From an uncultured Pseudomonadota bacterium (GTDB lineage Bacteria; SAR324; NAC60-12): 52,096 nt of DNA. The notes under the pieces are model-generated. The model ran no database searches. It had not been told where the DNA came from and was given only the letters and a program-made list of their open reading frames with translations. The stretch spans positions 5,441-57,536 of the forward strand of contig CAZQXS010000005.1 in the NCBI GenBank assembly GCA_964597275.1. The letters are read 5' to 3'. This document shows, piece after piece, positions 49,705 through 52,096 of the stretch. The stretch's first letter is position 1, and each line of letters opens with the position of its first letter. A program made the translations under genes and the position numbers.

Positions 49705-50855
49705 GAGTTTTCAAGCCGCTACAGGTGTTCTTTGGCGAACACATGTTCAAGAACGCGATAGGCCTCACGGTCGTCGCCATCATTGCATGGGTCGCTCATC
49801 GTCAGGGCATCGCCGGCTCCTCTCATGTGCTGTGGATTTCCCTGATTGTGCTTTCGTCCTTGGTGATCTGGCGGGCCGGGGATTTCTTTGCACCCGCATC
49901 CACCTACATTCAGGAACATCACAACCTGCCCCAATCCATCAAGGCGGCGGTGATTGATGCGGTGGCCAGCTCCTTCCCGGAATTCTGTGTTGCGGTGATC
50001 GCCACCGTCCAACTGGGCAAGGCCGAGGTGGGGGTCTCCACGATCATCGGCTCTGCGCTCTACAACGTCCTCGTCATTCCTGCGGCGGCTGGACTGGTTG
50101 CTACGGCTCCGATGAAAATCGGCAAGGAGGTGGTCTGGCGCGACAACGTCTTCTATCTTGCGGTCGTGGCTCTGCTCTACGCCATGCTGACCCAGATGGG
50201 CGAAGTGCAGCCTTCCGGAGAGGTGCAGACGTACTGGGGGCTGGGCGTGGCACTCATCTTCTTGGGGGCGTATCTGCTCTACGTCTTCTGGCTCCAGCAC
50301 GACTACCGCAAATACCAGCAGGCGCATGCCGGCGAGCCGGAGCCGGAAAGTGAGGATGAGGATGAGGACGGTCCCATCGAGATCACTTCCGAAGGGCAGG
50401 CGTGGGCGTGGATTGCGGGCATGATGGTTCTGATGGGGCTGGCCTCGGAAGTGCTGGTGCAGTCCTCCATCCACCTTGGCGACCTGCTCAACATCAAGCC
50501 GGTGGTGATGGGCTTTGTGATCATCGCGGCAGGCACCTCGGTCCCGGACACCGCGCTTTCGGTCATCAGCGCCCAGCGCGGTAACTACGATGCCGCGATT
50601 TCCAATGTCTTTGGCAGCAACATCTTCGACATCTGCATCTGCCTCAGCGTTCCGGTCCTCATCGCCTTGCCGATGACTGGAGTAACGTTGATTGACCTCC
50701 AGCAGGTCGAACTCGTCTGGGCCTTGATCGCTGCAACCGCACTCGCGTTCTACCTCTTCTGGAGCAAGAACTACACGCTCACCAAGCCCAAGGCCGGACT
50801 CATGGGGTTCACCTACCTGATGATCGTGGTGTACGCCGTGGCCACTGGCGTTTGA
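49701..50855 (+). CDS. Sodium/calcium (CaCA family) antiporter
   Basis: Alpha repeats ASSFPE...IIGSALYN and AAGTSVPD...SNVFGSNIFD with a central acidic loop; start may be 49743. Confidence 0.88.
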   Translation: MRVFKPLQVFFGEHMFKNAIGLTVVAIIAWVAHRQGIAGSSHVLWISLIVLSSLVIWRAGDFFAPASTYIQEHHNLPQSIKAAVIDAVASSFPEFCVAVIATVQLGKAEVGVSTIIGSALYNVLVIPAAAGLVATAPMKIGKEVVWRDNVFYLAVVALLYAMLTQMGEVQPSGEVQTYWGLGVALIFLGAYLLYVFWLQHDYRKYQQAHAGEPEPESEDEDEDGPIEITSEGQAWAWIAGMMVLMGLASEVLVQSSIHLGDLLNIKPVVMGFVIIAAGTSVPDTALSVISAQRGNYDAAISNVFGSNIFDICICLSVPVLIALPMTGVTLIDLQQVELVWALIAATALAFYLFWSKNYTLTKPKAGLMGFTYLMIVVYAVATGV

Positions 50856-50870
50856 GCCTGCCCTCTCCAC

Positions 50871-52096
50871 ATGACTTCTGGAAGCGTCTCGGCAACGGCG
50901 CAGCAACTGCTGGCCTTCATTGACGCTTCCCCCACCCCCTTTCACGCCGTCGAGCAAATCCGCCTCCGTTTGGAGGACGCTGGCTTCCGGGAGTTCCGGG
51001 AGTCGGAACCGTGGGATTCTGTCGACGAGCGTGGTTATGTGATCCGGGGAGGAGGGACCATTGCCGCATGGGTTCGAGGCGCAGAAACTCCAGCCTCACA
51101 TGGGTTTCGGATCATCGGTGCGCACACCGACAGCCCCAACCTGCACGTCAAGCCCAACCCGGACCTCCACCAGCACGGCTACCACCAGCTTGGCGTGGAG
51201 GTGTACGGCGGGGTCTTGCTTTCAAGCTGGATGGACCGCGACCTGACCCTCGCTGGACAGGTGCATGTCAAGGATGCCGGAAGCATTCGGACACACCTCG
51301 TTCATCTCGACAAGCCGCTGCTGCGCATTCCACTGCTGGCGATCCACCTCAATCGGAACGTCAACGAGAAAGGCTTGATCCTCAACGCCCAATCCCACCT
51401 GCCTCCGTTGCTTGCGCTGGAGGGCGAGGCCGATGAACAGGCGCTGAAATCGCTGCTTGGCGAAACTCTGGGCGTTGACTCGGAGGCCATCCTCAGCTAC
51501 GACCTCAGCCTTTGCGACACCCAGCCTTCCGCGATTTTGGGACGGAACGGCGAATTTGTTGCCGCGCCTCGGCTCGACAACCTTTGCTCGTGCTTCTGCG
51601 GACTTGAAGCGCTGCTGGCGGACCTCGACACGCCCTGTCCGCAAACCCGGATGCTCGCATGCTTCGATCATGAGGAAATCGGCAGCCTCACGACCCAAGG
51701 GGCGCGTTCCTCGCTGTTGCGGCACACTTTGGGACGCTTGGTTCGGGAGACGGCTCCGGAGGCCTACGAGCGCTCCGTGGCCAACTCGGTCCTGCTTTCC
51801 GCCGACATGGCGCACGCCGTTCACCCCAACTATCCAGATCGGCACGACCCCCAGCATTTTCCCAAGATCAACGCCGGGCCCGTGATCAAGATCAACGCGC
51901 AAGGGCGCTACGCGACCAGCGGTTGGTCCGAGGCGTGGTTTGAGTTGATTTGTCAGGAACGCGAGATTCCGGTGCAGAAGTTCGTCAACCGCACTGACCT
52001 CGCCTGCGGCAGCACCATCGGCCCCTTCGTGGCCAGCGACCTTGGACTGCCGACGCTTGACGTGGGCGCGGCGATGCTCTCCATGCACTCCATCCG
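50871..52096 (+). CDS. M18 family (aspartyl) aminopeptidase, truncated by the window end
   Basis: Read by hand (not in the ORF track): FIDASPTPFHAV, GAHTDSP, EVYGG, DRDL, RLDNL, DHEEIGS, SADMAHAVHPNY, CGSTIGP, LSMHS. Confidence 0.93.
   Translation, partial: MTSGSVSATAQQLLAFIDASPTPFHAVEQIRLRLEDAGFREFRESEPWDSVDERGYVIRGGGTIAAWVRGAETPASHGFRIIGAHTDSPNLHVKPNPDLHQHGYHQLGVEVYGGVLLSSWMDRDLTLAGQVHVKDAGSIRTHLVHLDKPLLRIPLLAIHLNRNVNEKGLILNAQSHLPPLLALEGEADEQALKSLLGETLGVDSEAILSYDLSLCDTQPSAILGRNGEFVAAPRLDNLCSCFCGLEALLADLDTPCPQTRMLACFDHEEIGSLTTQGARSSLLRHTLGRLVRETAPEAYERSVANSVLLSADMAHAVHPNYPDRHDPQHFPKINAGPVIKINAQGRYATSGWSEAWFELICQEREIPVQKFVNRTDLACGSTIGPFVASDLGLPTLDVGAAMLSMHSI

Overview
A 52 kb GC-rich bacterial chromosome segment made mostly of housekeeping genes. 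It is probably from a Gram-negative deltaproteobacteria-like lineage such as SAR324; this is an unverified inference from gene style and content. The minus strand (1-33245) carries a secretin, lpxK, leuS, the str-S10-spc-alpha ribosomal protein cluster, rimO, yebC, ruvC, ruvA, ssb, a four-helix-bundle gene, smc and hisD, with one plus-strand sterol-desaturase-family gene among them. The plus strand (33406-end) carries a CHASE2 adenylate cyclase / outer-membrane barrel / FecR trio, tlyA, a ParB-like gene, ftsW, a ~29-repeat ankyrin protein, lnt, an SDR, a MoxR ATPase, plsY, a cation/Ca antiporter and a truncated M18 aminopeptidase. The most striking structure is the four-helix-bundle (IVS-protein/Avd-like) gene between ssb and smc. 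It is enclosed by inverted arrays of GTTTAGG/CTGTAGG heptamers containing a perfect 30-bp inverted repeat, and a gene-less solo copy of the same array lies 34 kb away at the tlyA stop codon. Together these suggest a repeat-bounded mobile or RNA-hairpin cassette. Other anomalies are the absence of rplC (L3) from the S10 operon, a str-operon EF-G with degenerate translocation loops, and an orphan SctC-like secretin. No rRNA, tRNA, CRISPR array or transposase was recognised.
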